Shown here: positions 1-16,410 of the stretch, piece by piece | How the letters are laid out: every line of letters begins with the position of its first letter | Position numbering within the stretch: the stretch's first letter is position 1 | NCBI RefSeq assembly: GCF_963853765.1 | Contig: NC_088855.1 | Location: 27,404,001 to 27,468,000, forward strand | Direction of reading: 5' to 3' | From: Magallana gigas | Lineage: Eukaryota | Length of the DNA stretch: 64,000 nt | Program-made: the position numbers and the translations under genes | The notes under the pieces: model-generated | The model's database searches: none | What the model was told of the DNA's origin: nothing | What the model saw: the letters and a program-made list of their open reading frames with translations, nothing else

Positions 1-265
1 TGTTTAATCAACAATAGCTGTACCGACTGGAGTTTTATATTATAAATCTAAGAAAAATTCAACAACAAAAACTTTAGGTATTTCTTAAGCTCCAGATTTG
101 CTTTGAATGTCTGCATCCATGTGAAGAACAGTTATTTTAATAAAATCAAAAATACTATAGCCTAGTATTTATCGCTATGTGATTACTGAAAAAATGAATT
201 TCCCTTTAAAACATGTATTTATTAACAAAATTATCTTCGAATAAATTCATGTTTTCATTTTGTAG

Positions 266-1564
266 GATCCCAATGCCCACCGCTAGCTCCGGGGACTCTT
301 CGTTTGTACAGCATGAGGTTTTGTCCATACGCACAGCGAACACGACTGGTGCTTTTGCACAAAAATATTGAGTAAGAATTCTGTAGTTCACAATTTCAAT
401 TTTGACAAATCAAATTTGTTATGTTAATTTTAAAATTATAATCAAATTTTGATCATGGTATATACAGATTTTTAGCTTGCAAATAATTATATAGTAACAT
501 GGAAAGAACGTATGCAAATTTTATACTGTAAACCACTAAACCAACTTTTATTCACGACAACTTTATTTCGCGATTAACTTCCGGTAAACTGGTTCGCGAC
601 GACTAATGTTCGCGACCAAGCCTTATCCAGACCTATGTTGTTTTGTTATTCTTTCATGTTAAATACTGAAATCTGATTGATTAAGACGCAGTTAATAATA
701 TTTTCTATTACCCTCAGCGTTAGCAACGCACTTAGCAACGGGTAACATTAAAAAATGTTACATGCGCGAAAATTATGCGCGTACGGTTCGCTGTAGAATT
801 CACGTTATTCCTATATAAAAGCAGTAAAATTTTCTTAAAAATTAAGACATTCAGTAAAACAAAATAAATAGTGCCTGTTTGGGAGGATAACAGTTGAAAT
901 TGACGCCACTCGAAAACCATTGTCAACCTCCGCTTCGCGTCGGTTGACAATGGTTTTCTCGGGGTGTCAATTTCAACTGTTACCCTCCCAAACAGGCACT
1001 ATTTATATAATAGCAACCACACGACAATGACTAATGCTCTCGCTAACATCACAAAAATTTATCGCGCGCGGATAAAAGTTGGTTTTCAGTACATGTATTA
1101 AAATTGAAAAGAAGGTGAAACGCAATTAGGAATATTCATTGCAATGCCCCTTTAAATACATATTATGCAGATTCAATGATCAATAGTCTAATATCAAACG
1201 TATTGATACTTTTTTAAACATCTTCATTTTGTATTTATTCAATATTTTACAGATTTGAGACAGTCAACATTAACTTGAAACAGAAACCGGACTGGTTTCG
1301 GGCGCGCAACCCGATCGGCTTGGTTCCTGTTTTAGAATTTGACGACAAGATTGTGTACGAGTCAAACGTTTGTAACGAGTACCTAGATAACATATACCCC
1401 ACCCCTAAACTTATCCCGACAGACTTCTACCGGGCAAGTCGAGATAAGATGTTATGGGAGACTTTTGGAAAGGTAATTTAAATATTTACAACAGCTTATT
1501 ATAATAAATATGATATTTTTCTCATCCCCATATCAAATATAAAGCTAATGAGTTTAATATTGAA

Positions 1565-1611
<47 letters not shown>

Positions 1612-2339
1612 TTTCATGATGATATACGACTTACTTGATACTTGATCAACAGGTTACCGAGTTGTTTTACGAGATACCTAAATCAGTAGCCGATGGATCA
1701 TTAGATAAGTGTATCCGTCGGTATGAACGACAACTGAGGCGCTACGAATCTGAGCTCTCCAACAGAGGAGAATACTTCGGAGGTAATAAATTATCAAGCA
1801 ATAAAAAATTGGTACACAACGTAATATAAATTTCTGCATGTTTAATTTTTGAATGCTCAATAATTTAGTGCATCCCACGGGAGAGCAATTAGCAAAATAG
1901 AATATGGAATAAGAAAAGATCCTCGAGAAATAATTTTTCAAACATACAAATTAAAAGTGTTAGTGGTTGTTGAACCACACTTATATTATTTACACAGATA
2001 TACATAGACTTAATCGTTTATTGTTATTGAAAAAAAACAACCAAGTATCTCCTGTCAGTTTAAATTTCATCCAGCATTACCATTATTTGTTCGATAGGCA
2101 GTTCCCCTTGTATGGTCGATTTTATGATCTGGCCATGGTTTGAGAGAATCCCGGTGTTGACCATTATAGCCCCAGAAGCTGAAATCGATCCAAACAAATT
2201 CCCACATCTAAGCTCTTGGATGAAATTGATGATGGAACTTCCGGCGGTGCGAGAAACTTATGAAGAGCCCACGTCGCACGTCCATTTCTTCTCAACACTT
2301 AGAGCGGGAAACCCGGACTATGATTATGGTTTAAAATAG
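266..2339 (+). CDS. GSTO1: Glutathione S-transferase omega, 5'-partial (exons 266-371, 1253-1472, 1653-1782, 2098-2339)
   Basis: GT-AG bounded exons splice in frame to [50 protein letters not shown]...GLVPVLE...[10 protein letters not shown]...[20 protein letters not shown]...[13 protein letters not shown] is the omega-class active-site motif. AATAAA at ~2482. The start exon lies outside the window. Confidence 0.93.
645..1010. mobile_element. Non-autonomous repeat ending in a 143-bp palindrome (864-1006), in a GSTO intron
   Basis: ATAAATAGTGCCTGTTTGGGAG...CTCCCAAACAGGCACTATTTAT hairpin with central CTCCGCTTCGCGTCGG; near-identical inverted copy at ~7610-7985. Confidence 0.75.
1570..1607. repeat. 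(CT)n microsatellite
   Basis: Direct dinucleotide run in a GSTO intron. Confidence 0.95.
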
Positions 2340-4387
2340 AAAATTATGATATGTACTCAAAACACATTAAAGTTTCCAATGCACATTGTACAAAGAAACG
2401 TCATATGCAAGCTTTCTGGATATGTTGTTACTTCTATATTTATCGATTCATGAACATGGTGATTTTTTTTATATTTATGTCAATAAATAAACTCAAATAT
2501 AGATCTAATATTTCGATTGAATTTTGAGATTACGATTATTTATCGTTGTTTTTCTATTTAATCTGAGGAACATGTTGCATATCTGATCAAAAATTTATTT
2601 ACCCTTTAATTAAAGTGATATAGTGACTCAAGAATGTCATTTTATTTTTTGATTGTGACAAACGAAAAAAAAACCACCCAGAAATTTGATTATATAGGAG
2701 GGTTCATGCATTCTTAGTCATCATTTGTCAGCTTACACTTACCCGGTCTAACGTGTGTAAACAAATCGAGTCGTTTTAAGACGTTGTTTTGAGTGCTTTG
2801 TGATTGCGTTCGCAAACGGAAAATAGTTACAATTGGACTGACGCATTGAGAAAAGATTTACACTGGAAATTAAGACAACTTTTCTTCATTTTTAAGTCAC
2901 TGGGAAAACCTCGCTTATTTCATGTCTGCAATGCAAAATCACCGTAGCCATTTAATAAATTTCAGCCATGTAATTAAACCTGACAAGCTTAGAGGGTCCA
3001 AGGATAATTCATCGTTTGAACGCTGTGATATTGATGAAAATCAAATAGAACCGTTTTAACAAGAGCTTGGACTTTCGGTGGGGTGTTTTTATCTAGTTTG
3101 TTCATCAAAACAAGCTGTCAATCATTGACCTCCTTTCTTCCAATTCGCTGAGAGAACCTCATTAATATTCATACACTTTCAAAACCGTTTCTCTGCTGTG
3201 TGAAACTGACGCTGTTTAAGCGAAATATACATCCCTGGTTTAAGTCTGACGAGTGTCATTGCGTTCAATGTATGCATATCTATTAGCCAATGGCTGGACA
3301 GTTAACCATTAGCAGACCCCACCTTCATCAAATCGGAGTTTATCAACTTCTGCCCAAAGTCCAAGGTCTTGTTTAAATGGTTCTGATTTAAGAAAAGTGC
3401 TGCATAACTATCTTGGGACAGAGTATATGTTTGACCTCTTTGATTTGGGTTGTCATGCTGTTTCTTTTCTGTTGTGTTCTTTTTTACCAATTTTAACCGA
3501 ATCTATCCATTTATATTCAACTAATTCATGAACAACTACTGCCCTTTAAAAACATATGCGAGAAAAATAAGAAATATCGCAAAATGACACACAAAAAAAC
3601 ATCTTCTGTTGAACATTGTAGTTTTGACATGAACTGATCTTCGTACTCCGCGTGACCCAAATAATATAAACATTGACATCACGTCAATCGTCATCATCAG
3701 TTAGAGCGCCTGTGAGGGTATCCAGCCATGCGAACTCATTGGGGAGATTGCAAGGTAATAACAAATTGTAAAGAGTTTTTATTGGCATTATGTGGATCTT
3801 TCTTTTCGCCAAATTTCAACACATCGGATTTATCTACAATTATTATGTCGACATTTTATATACACGGTATGGGAACCAGTACTTCTCTTTATCACATGAT
3901 GAACCTCGCAGAGTTTAAACATTAGCAGTTTATTTTTGTTGATGTAGGGTAAATAATTTTTTGTACAGAACAACAATATAGTGTTTCTTTGCTTCAGTTT
4001 ATATAGCTTTCTATACAAATACATTTCCAATTTCCAGTGTCTTTGTCTGTTATAACATTATGAATCAATTTTGTAACGTATAATCTAATACATTTCAATA
4101 TTCATCATACATTTGCTAAAAAATATATGAATATATGTAATAAGGAATCATTCTTTGAAAATAATGAGATGATAGAATACAGTCGGGCGTGAGCAAATTT
4201 TCTGTAAATCCCCTCGGACTTGGTTGGGTTTGATCACCGCTGACCTTATTTGATCACCTCAAAATACTCGAAGAATGAATCCTAGAACTATTCCTTAAAA
4301 TTGTATCTCAATTCAAAATTTGCGAAGAATAAAACTAAATAAAAGAAGAAAATGTAAAATTATGCACATACGTCATTTGATAAAGCG

Positions 4388-8072
<3,685 letters not shown>

Positions 8073-8679
8073 GTAAGATTAATTCTCATAATTTGTTCTT
8101 TGATCCTACTGTACCCTCAGTTAAAAAATAGATTTGTATTTACACCTAAAATGTGACATAAATGTGACGATGAATATGAAAACACGATTTTCAAATCAAA
8201 ATAATTACCAGTAGTGAAATTTTATAAAAACCGAAGTTAAAATGCTTTTCAAAACTAATTTACAAATAAAAAGTAGCTAGTATATCTTCAGGTCTGTAGC
8301 TCCTGGTCTGAAAAAATTCGGATGGACGACTTTGGAGCCACAGTGCTTACCCTAGTTTGAAAAAAAAATGCAATTTATGGAGCACAAAAAATTGCTTTAG
8401 TTTTGGACTAATAAACCTTATTTTTACACAGATTCTGTGAAAACAATTGATTAGTACCATTAAATTCTTCAGGAAATTTACACCTGAAATCGTTACTTTA
8501 CTTGCCTCAGAGTTTCTCTTAAACATGCTAAGCGAATGTCGAGTTAAATTCGAAAATCAGTTTGCCGTTACATACATTACTTTGCCTTATCAAAATTATG
8601 TACCTTGGATCTGCAGAAGCAATCATTATTCTAAATGTTGGGGTTCTTTGTTTTTTGGGGGTTTTTTTTGGTAATGTGG

Positions 8680-8983
8680 AACCCCAGGTGGTAGTTAAAC
8701 GGTTGTCGCGGGCGCGCCAAGCGCTAAGTATAGCTTCTTCAAAGCGAATTTTCTTGTTTCCAATTCAATATATGACAACAGTAGTCAATATACTATTTTC
8801 TTCAGTTTTAAGTTCTTGAGACCATTAAAATGTTTTAATTTATATACGTAAAGTAATTGTCGAGAACGAACACAGTTTTCCCACCAAAACCTGATATGTT
8901 AATAATTCCATTCGACTGCAATTGAAATATCCGATTAGTTGCACTAAGAAATAGTAATAGAAAAAGTGTAATCTCAAACAAGA
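8680..8983. repeat. Fragment of the tRNA-array spacer; left edge of the array
   Basis: AACCCCAGGTGGTAGTTAAACGGTTGTCGCGGGCGCGCC...GTAATCTCAAACAAGA is near-identical to the spacer of every array unit (e.g. ~27188-27490). Confidence 0.9.
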
Positions 8984-10967
8984 TTTCCGTTTCATTCCTC
9001 CCTGGCTTGTAGAAGGAACACTAGCTGGTGGGACACTTGATGGTACGAGTACTGCTGTGTTCCCTGGACCCGTGACAAGTTGGAATGAGACAGCTGGATT
9101 GGGGGACGGCAATATCTTCAAATATGATGGTTTGTTCTTCCTGTCCTTAACCTTGGCCAAGCCAACAGAAGACGGAGGATTATGGAAAGTATATGGCTGA
9201 GTGTCCCTGGTCGGAAGCACTGAAGGTTTGGACAGAGCAGCAGGAGCCTTGCTAGTTGTCAGTGAAGGACTCGGAAGCTCTAAACCTTGAGATAAAACCT
9301 TCTTGTCCTGCTGTTTACTTTTGTCATTAAACCTATAAAATGGAAAGTGAAACTTTAACATAAAATTGTGTTCAACAACTTTATCTAAATTTAATTTTCA
9401 TTCCAGCAGTCAGAAGACAAGGAAATGTGTTCTAAATTTATTTAATTTACTACTAGATGTATTTACCCCTTTTTGAATGAATGAGTAATAAAAGTATCCC
9501 AGAATAGCCTTAACTATCATACTTTTTACAAAATAAATCAAAGGAAATAATGATGAAAAATTAATTACCACTGGCTAAGCGTCTTTTTGTTCAAGAGGGG
9601 GAGCTGTATATCGGTTTCCTCCATTGCTTCATGGTTTTCGAGGATTGTATGCCTGATGTGATGGAAGGCCCCAAGAACCAATGAAAACCTGGTAACGGAC
9701 CTCCCTCCCCTCCTAAGATCGCTCCTAAAAATCTGCAGGAGTTGTTGAACTGTGGCCTCTGTGTAACGGTTACAGTTTGGCCATTGTGCGGGTCCTTGAT
9801 TCGGACCGAGTACAACTCTGTCAAAAGAAAAGAGAAAACTGTAACTTACTGATTTTTAGGTATATTTTTTCAAGGTTGAAACTGAACTAATAAATAACAT
9901 GTTTTATGGTACGACCTTAAAAAAATCACTATCAAATTCATTGGAAACATGATTTAAGGATTTCTTATGAAATTATGAAAATGTTTGGATTTGATTATAC
10001 ATTAAAAATTTAATTTAGATGAAACTTTTCCCTCTATCAAATAGAATTTGCGGCCGCGTGCATGAATTTTTTAATGACACCATCTCCTTTATGGATCAAT
10101 AAATTTTTCATAAAAATGAAAATTAAGGTATAATTTATAAGTACCTTTCAATACTCTCGACCCCAGGTGCCACCTTTTTCCTCGGGCTTTTAAATCTGCC
10201 CTGGAGATGTCCCTTCTGATGTCTTGGAGAGAAAACAGTCCTCATCTTGTCATAATCACTGAGGGCCCTCCACAAGTCCTTCAATTGTTTCAGCTGTGCT
10301 GGCAACAATCCCTTTGCATCCCGCAATGAAACAAGGAAGGTTGCAAGGCGCAAGACATGGCCGTAACCAGGAATGTTGTCTGGACCAACTACTTCCTGAA
10401 AAGAAAAATATATCAAATACATAAGTATCACCTTATTTCGACTAAAAACCATCAAAAGGGGGAAATGAATCTATCAAATACAGTTTAACAAATTACAGCA
10501 TGCAAATTTGTTAAAATATTTCACTGGTATTGGAATGTCATTCTTTTAACAATACTAGGAGATGACAGTTACATGTAGGTGGTTGCAAAGGAATCTAAAC
10601 TTGAAATTATGAATGGATTGCATACAATGTATGATGCTGCTCATGGCAACAGTACTGTTCAGATGAGTACCTCTAGGATATTAAATCACAAAATATTAGT
10701 AGATGACAAGCAATTTTAAGTTGTTTGATAAATATGGTGTAAAAACATGTTGATAAAATATATCTTACATCATCAGCGGCAGTGTTCTGGGGTTTATCTT
10801 TAGGGTCTTGGTGTAGAGGCACTAAAACTGGCTCTGCTGATTCTGCTACAGAGAGATTGTTAAAAAAATGTTATGAATATGACCTACATATTTAATTTTA
10901 TATAAATTGCAAAGCATTATATGCAATAACTAAGTGCAAATTTGAATTTCCATTAGAATAATTAAGA

Positions 10968-11098
10968 AATAAACAACGTTATTTAGTGAACATGGCATTA
11001 TGAATAGCAATTGCTCTGTTGGCATATTCCATGGAAAATATGCCAGCAGAGCAGTTGCTATTCATAACGCCATATTCACTAAATATTCGTTGTTTATT
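10968..11098. repeat. Imperfect ~130-bp palindrome (probable non-autonomous element) in a transposase intron
   Basis: AATAAACAACG...TTGGCATATT-CCATGGA-AAATATGCCAG...CGTTGTTTATT arms pair with few mismatches. Confidence 0.7.
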
Positions 11099-14000
11099 AC
11101 TTATACTTGCATTTTACCACTCTCAAATACCTTGTATTAGCAAAGACCTTGACATTTAGTTACTGCATCAAAAATAATCATGCAGACTGTAATGTATCAT
11201 TTTAATTCACATAGATTTGTTAACAGAATCAATGATATGTTATAACAGTAATTCCTTTAAAATGTTATTATAAGACATGTTTTAATATCAAATAGGCTAC
11301 ATCAATTTTATGGAGTTGGAGAAAAACATATGATGTATCGTATAGTGGTTTTAATCTTTAACGCCATGGAAAAGTATATGAAGTCACACCTTTATGACGT
11401 CATAGTATACAGACAGAGCAATTGCGATTATAGAAATATAATTGCAGTTCCTCCGTATGGACTTATAGTGGGAAAGAACAATGGATATGCAAATATTCTG
11501 ATATGAAATAACATTAAGAGGGCTGTTCGATTCAATTATAAGATATTGTTTGAATAAATATGCCATATGTACCTCTGCATGTGTCTTCCAACATTTTTTC
11601 ATAATCTGCCATAGACGGGATGGGCAGAATGGGAGGCACTGGCTCAGGATGACACTCAAGGGCAGGGATTGTAGGATCAATGACGTCTTCTATCTCTTCG
11701 AAGCCTTCATCTTCTTCCTCAACGTCACGGTTGTCTTCCTCAGAAATTGATAGAACAGCCTGTGCATAATCAGTTGATCCTTTTCCTGTTTGGGAGTATA
11801 AGTACTCAATGCCTATGAGCTCCCCTGTAATAGTACATGCAAAGTTGTTATTTATAAAAGCAATTTTTAATGCACATGTAGTCAACAAAATTGGTGAGCA
11901 AAGGCAACAAATATAACAACATAACCATGAGCCAATGCTCACCAGTGATACCCCAGCTCTTATGTGAATAAACAAAATTATAAGCAGTGTCGACATTTAA
12001 CATGAAGTTTACATTAATATGGACAAAAAATAAATCATATCTTGTGGCATGACTAAACAAAGAGTGTGTAAAAATTTCAAGCACCTTTAAAAAAAAGTTG
12101 CTGAGAAATTTGTTACAGATAGACAGACAGACAGACACACAAAGGTAAAACTGTATACACCCCTCTCCTTAGGAGTGGAGGTATAAAAATCAGTGTCATA
12201 AATTCACCTGTATACATCCCTGGTGGTCGAAAGTCCCCGAAGAAAGGTTCCCCTAAGATTTCTAAAGACAGTTTATTGACCGAGTTTTTAAGAGGACCAC
12301 TGTATGTCCTTGGACAACGTTCCCTGGTATCTGTCCTGACAGCAGCAGCCTCCCTGTCTAGATTCCAACGGAACAGGCCATCGAGTAAAAAAACTTGGAA
12401 ATTTATATCGTTGGCCAGGGTCCCTGTTTCATTTAAAGAGCAACATTTTTCATTAAAATGTATTTATTATCAGATCAGATCTCAAAATTAACTACAAAAT
12501 TATGTTAAATATTGATCAATATGATTAGGAGTCACAAAGACATCCCAAAACATATTTTCATGAATGTGCAATTGTTTTAATAAAGAAAGGCAAATGATTG
12601 CCTATTTTAATTGGAAGGTAAAATTTTATACTGTTGCTGGGAATTGCAGTATGTGTAATATATCTTTTCCTACCTGGTATAAACCTGTTCATGTGGAGAT
12701 GAAAACTTTCGAGGGAGGTCGATCCTCTGGCACATCTGTACACAGGCAGACCAACCCCACCTTTCTTCAAGGTACCGGTCTGTGTGTACAGATGAACACC
12801 TTCAGGGTCCTGGATGCAGGAAACATGTTGTTGTTGGACCCTCCACACCTCAGCTATCCTCTCGCTTTCAAACAATGGGACACCTAATGTGTCGCACCCT
12901 TTGGGGCCATCCAATGACTGTATCAAGCCTGATATCAGCGTTTGGGTCTCCTCTGTTCCTCGGGTGACACGCTTACAGTGGAGTGCCAGTTCTGTGGAGG
13001 AGAGGTTTCGCCTGACATCTTTTTCAGAGGGGTTGACGACTCCCTGGAGGATCATCTCTTCCCGCTTGGCTGTTGTTAGCAGCTGGAGATCATCCTCATC
13101 CCATTTGAAGACACACCGACTTAGCTTGCCCATGAAAATGCTGTACATACAAAGGATGCTTGTCAGTGGTACAACCAGAGGGGAACCGTCGCATAAAGTG
13201 CCAGATGTCTAACCTGAGGATAGTAATTGTTTTCTATGATTAGATGTCAATGAGAGGCCTCGAGCCTTACAGATAACCTAAGTATAATAAAGCCCTTAGT
13301 CTTGAGAGTATGATTATAAGTCATAGAAAAATTATCATCACTATATGCAGTAAAATTATTGTTATAGTACACATTTTTTAAATGTTACATATTCTTAATA
13401 CCCAGCTTTAATGATATAAGCATAAAAATCATTAATTAGCAAATTAGAATACCATGGCATACTCATTGTGTCTCCCTACCTTATGCTAATATTTGGCCAA
13501 TTTTCAAAGTACTTGTGTACTGTTGCTGGTCCACAGCAATCTCTGTCAACATACAGGACTTGAGGAGGATCTACTGCTGCCTTCTCATAGCGTGACATAA
13601 TGCCTTCGATCATTGGCCTCAAGGATGCCCCCTCTCCCTCAGTCAATACGGACATGAGTATTTGTCCGTATTCATTCTCTACATTTGTCACCCACATTGC
13701 CTTTCTGCCATGACCTGAAAAATTCATAATAATTCATGTAAATAATAGATGGAAATAAATTTTTAAGTTGTGCAAAATAAAAAAAAAATGACATATATTG
13801 TGGCTAATAGTGAAAAGTAAGAAATACCTGCAAGTTTGTTTGTAATTTTTTTAGTTGAATCCATCTTCAGTATGGCACCAAACTGGGATGTTATGGATGC
13901 CTTGATGTAATCCAGTCTGTTTATGACATCCGGTTGGTACACTTTCATGAACCAACGGTGTCTTGGCACTGGCGGTTGGGGTGGTGGCCGTTGAAAGTGA

Positions 14001-15429
14001 GGGATGCCAAAGAAACCTCTGTGAGCAGAAGATTGGAAAGATTTGCAGTTGGAGAAGTAGCTTTCTAAGCTGGTGACATACTTCTCACCATGCTGCTCCT
14101 CTATCACCTTGCTCACAGCACTGCTGCTATTTCCCAAGGTTCTTTGACGAAGGAGCCTGACAACCCTCAGGTTGCATGCATATTTTGATGTCAAAATACA
14201 TGGGAACTGATTCCTGCTGGTGTTGTCAAGCTGCCTAAGTATACCCTCACTCCAACTGATGACCTAGAATGGGCAAAAAGTTTCATAAGAAATACATTTT
14301 TATCTACCATATTATGAGTATGCATATGTATAGATTACAGATCATTACCTTAAAGGCACCAAAAGTATTTACAACGTTACTAACCGGTATACATATATTA
14401 CCTTATTACATGTAGAGTAACATAATATATAAGACCGAAATGAATAAAACAGATAAAAGAGGAGGCAAGTAAATTTAAGGAAAGGGACAACAGTACTATT
14501 GCATCTTGTACGGGGATTATAGATACTTAAAAAATAAGGTATCAATTTTTTATGTTTATAAAAATGAGTTGGTGACATGATCAAATCTAATTAACAAGAA
14601 TCTAAATATAGAAATAAATTACCTTTTAGGAGCATTTTGGGCAACTAAGGTACTCTCCAGCCATGTTGTAGAAAGAGTCTACATCCAACACCATGCGGGC
14701 TTTTTGATGGACTCCGGCATTGGTCAGTTTTCCATTGCATTCCTCCTGAGGACAAACAAGGTCCATGTGGAACAGGTGGCGGGGCATCCACAGGAAAAAC
14801 CGATGAGCAAAGTACCGATCTGGTTTGTTGAGGATACTTGCTGAAAGGCTTGGCTGTGGTGGCTGGTACCAAAGCTTGGAGACTTTAGTGAAATCAAATT
14901 CAGGGCCGCGTTTCCCCATCCTGAAAAAAGTCTCTGATATCCACTTGTGATCCACATCGGGCAGAGTTTTCTTCCATCCAGCCAGGACAGTCAGAGTGTC
15001 TGATGTGTCTGAAAAAATTGATGTTCATTAGGCTCACCATAAACAAAATATACAAACATTGACCTATTGTAAAAAGTCTACTTTAAAAGTTAAGTAAGTT
15101 TTAAATTTTCATGTTCCTCTTCTCAAAGTGCTAAATCTTAAAAGAATTTTCCATTTAATTTTTCAAAAATTTAATTGTTAAATTGTAATGTAAGACAACA
15201 CACAATGACCTATAAGTACCACTTGAAAAAGTAAACAAGATGCGCTTGGATGAGATTACAAAACTTACCTCTACTGGCTGTCGATGGGGCCTCAAGATCA
15301 TGTTCAATAGAGGCAGATGTTGTGGCAGACACTGAAAATTAAATTATTATATTGTTAAAATATGTAGAATGGCATCAGATAGCATGAAAGCAATTACTTA
15401 AGAAGACACAAGCTTACATAGTCTTGGCT

Positions 15430-16410
15430 CTGCAGTGGAAAAAGCAGGAGCAGCAGTGGTGGTTGCGGAGGGCCTCACTAAAGCGGGAGTAGCAGTGCTG
15501 GAAGTTGCGGGAGGCCTCACTAAGGCAGGAACAGCAGTGGCGGTTGCGGGAGGCCTCACTAAAGCAGGAGCAGCAGTGCTGGAGGTTGCGGGAGGCCTCA
15601 CTAAGGCAGGAGCAGCAGTGCTGAAGGTTGCGGAGGGCCTCACTAAGGCACGAACAGCAGTGGCAGTTGCGGAGGGCCTCACTAAGGCAGGAGCAGCATT
15701 GCGGGAGGTTGCGGAGGGCCTCACTAAGGCTGGAGCAGCAGTGGCAGTTGCGGGAAGCCTCACTAAGTCACGAACAGCAGTGCTGGAAGTTGCGGAGGGC
15801 CTCACTAAGGCTGGAGCAGCAGTGGCAGTTGCGGAGGGCCTCACTAAGGCAGGAGCAGCAGTGCTGGAGGTTGCGGAGGGCCTCACTAAGGCTGGAGCAG
15901 CAGTGGCAGTTGCGGGAAGCCTCACTAAGGCACGAACAGCAGTGCGGGAAGTTGCGGAGGGCCTCACTAAGGCAGGAGCAGCAGTGGCAGTTGCGGGAAG
16001 CCTCACTAAGGCACGAACAGCAGTGCAGGATGTTGCAGAGGGCCTCACTAAGGCACGAACAGCAGTGCTGGAAGTTGCGGAGGGCCTCACTAATGCAGGA
16101 GCAGCAGTGGCAGTTGCGGGAAGCCTCACTAAGGCACGAACAGCAGTGCTGGAAGTTGCGGAGGGCCTCACTAAGGCAGGAGCAGCAGTGGCAGTTTCGG
16201 GAAGCCTCACTAAGGCACGAACAGCAGTGTTGGAAGTTGCGGAGGGCCTCACTAAGGCAGGAGCAGCAGTGCGGGAGGTTGCAGAGGGCCTCACTAAGGC
16301 AGGAGCAGCAGTGGCGGTTGCGGGAGGCCTCACTAAGGCAGGAGCAGCAGTGCTGGAGGTTGCGGAGGGCCTCACTAAGGCAGGAGCAGCAGTGCTGGAG
16401 GTTGCTGAGG
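15430..16410 (-). repeat. Coding minisatellite of 42/39-bp units (PSATSSTAAPALVR / PATATAAPALVR)
   Basis: Unit GGAGCAGCAGTGCTGGAGGTTGCGGAGGGCCTCACTAAGGCA repeated across ~1 kb, inside a 999-nt exon with AG/GT boundaries in the same phase. Confidence 0.9.

Noticed and set aside
2600-3550. Possible TTAAAG...CTTTAA-bounded non-autonomous element between GSTO and TTC38
   Set aside because: Ends are too short and AT-rich to establish TIRs or a TSD without a repeat library.
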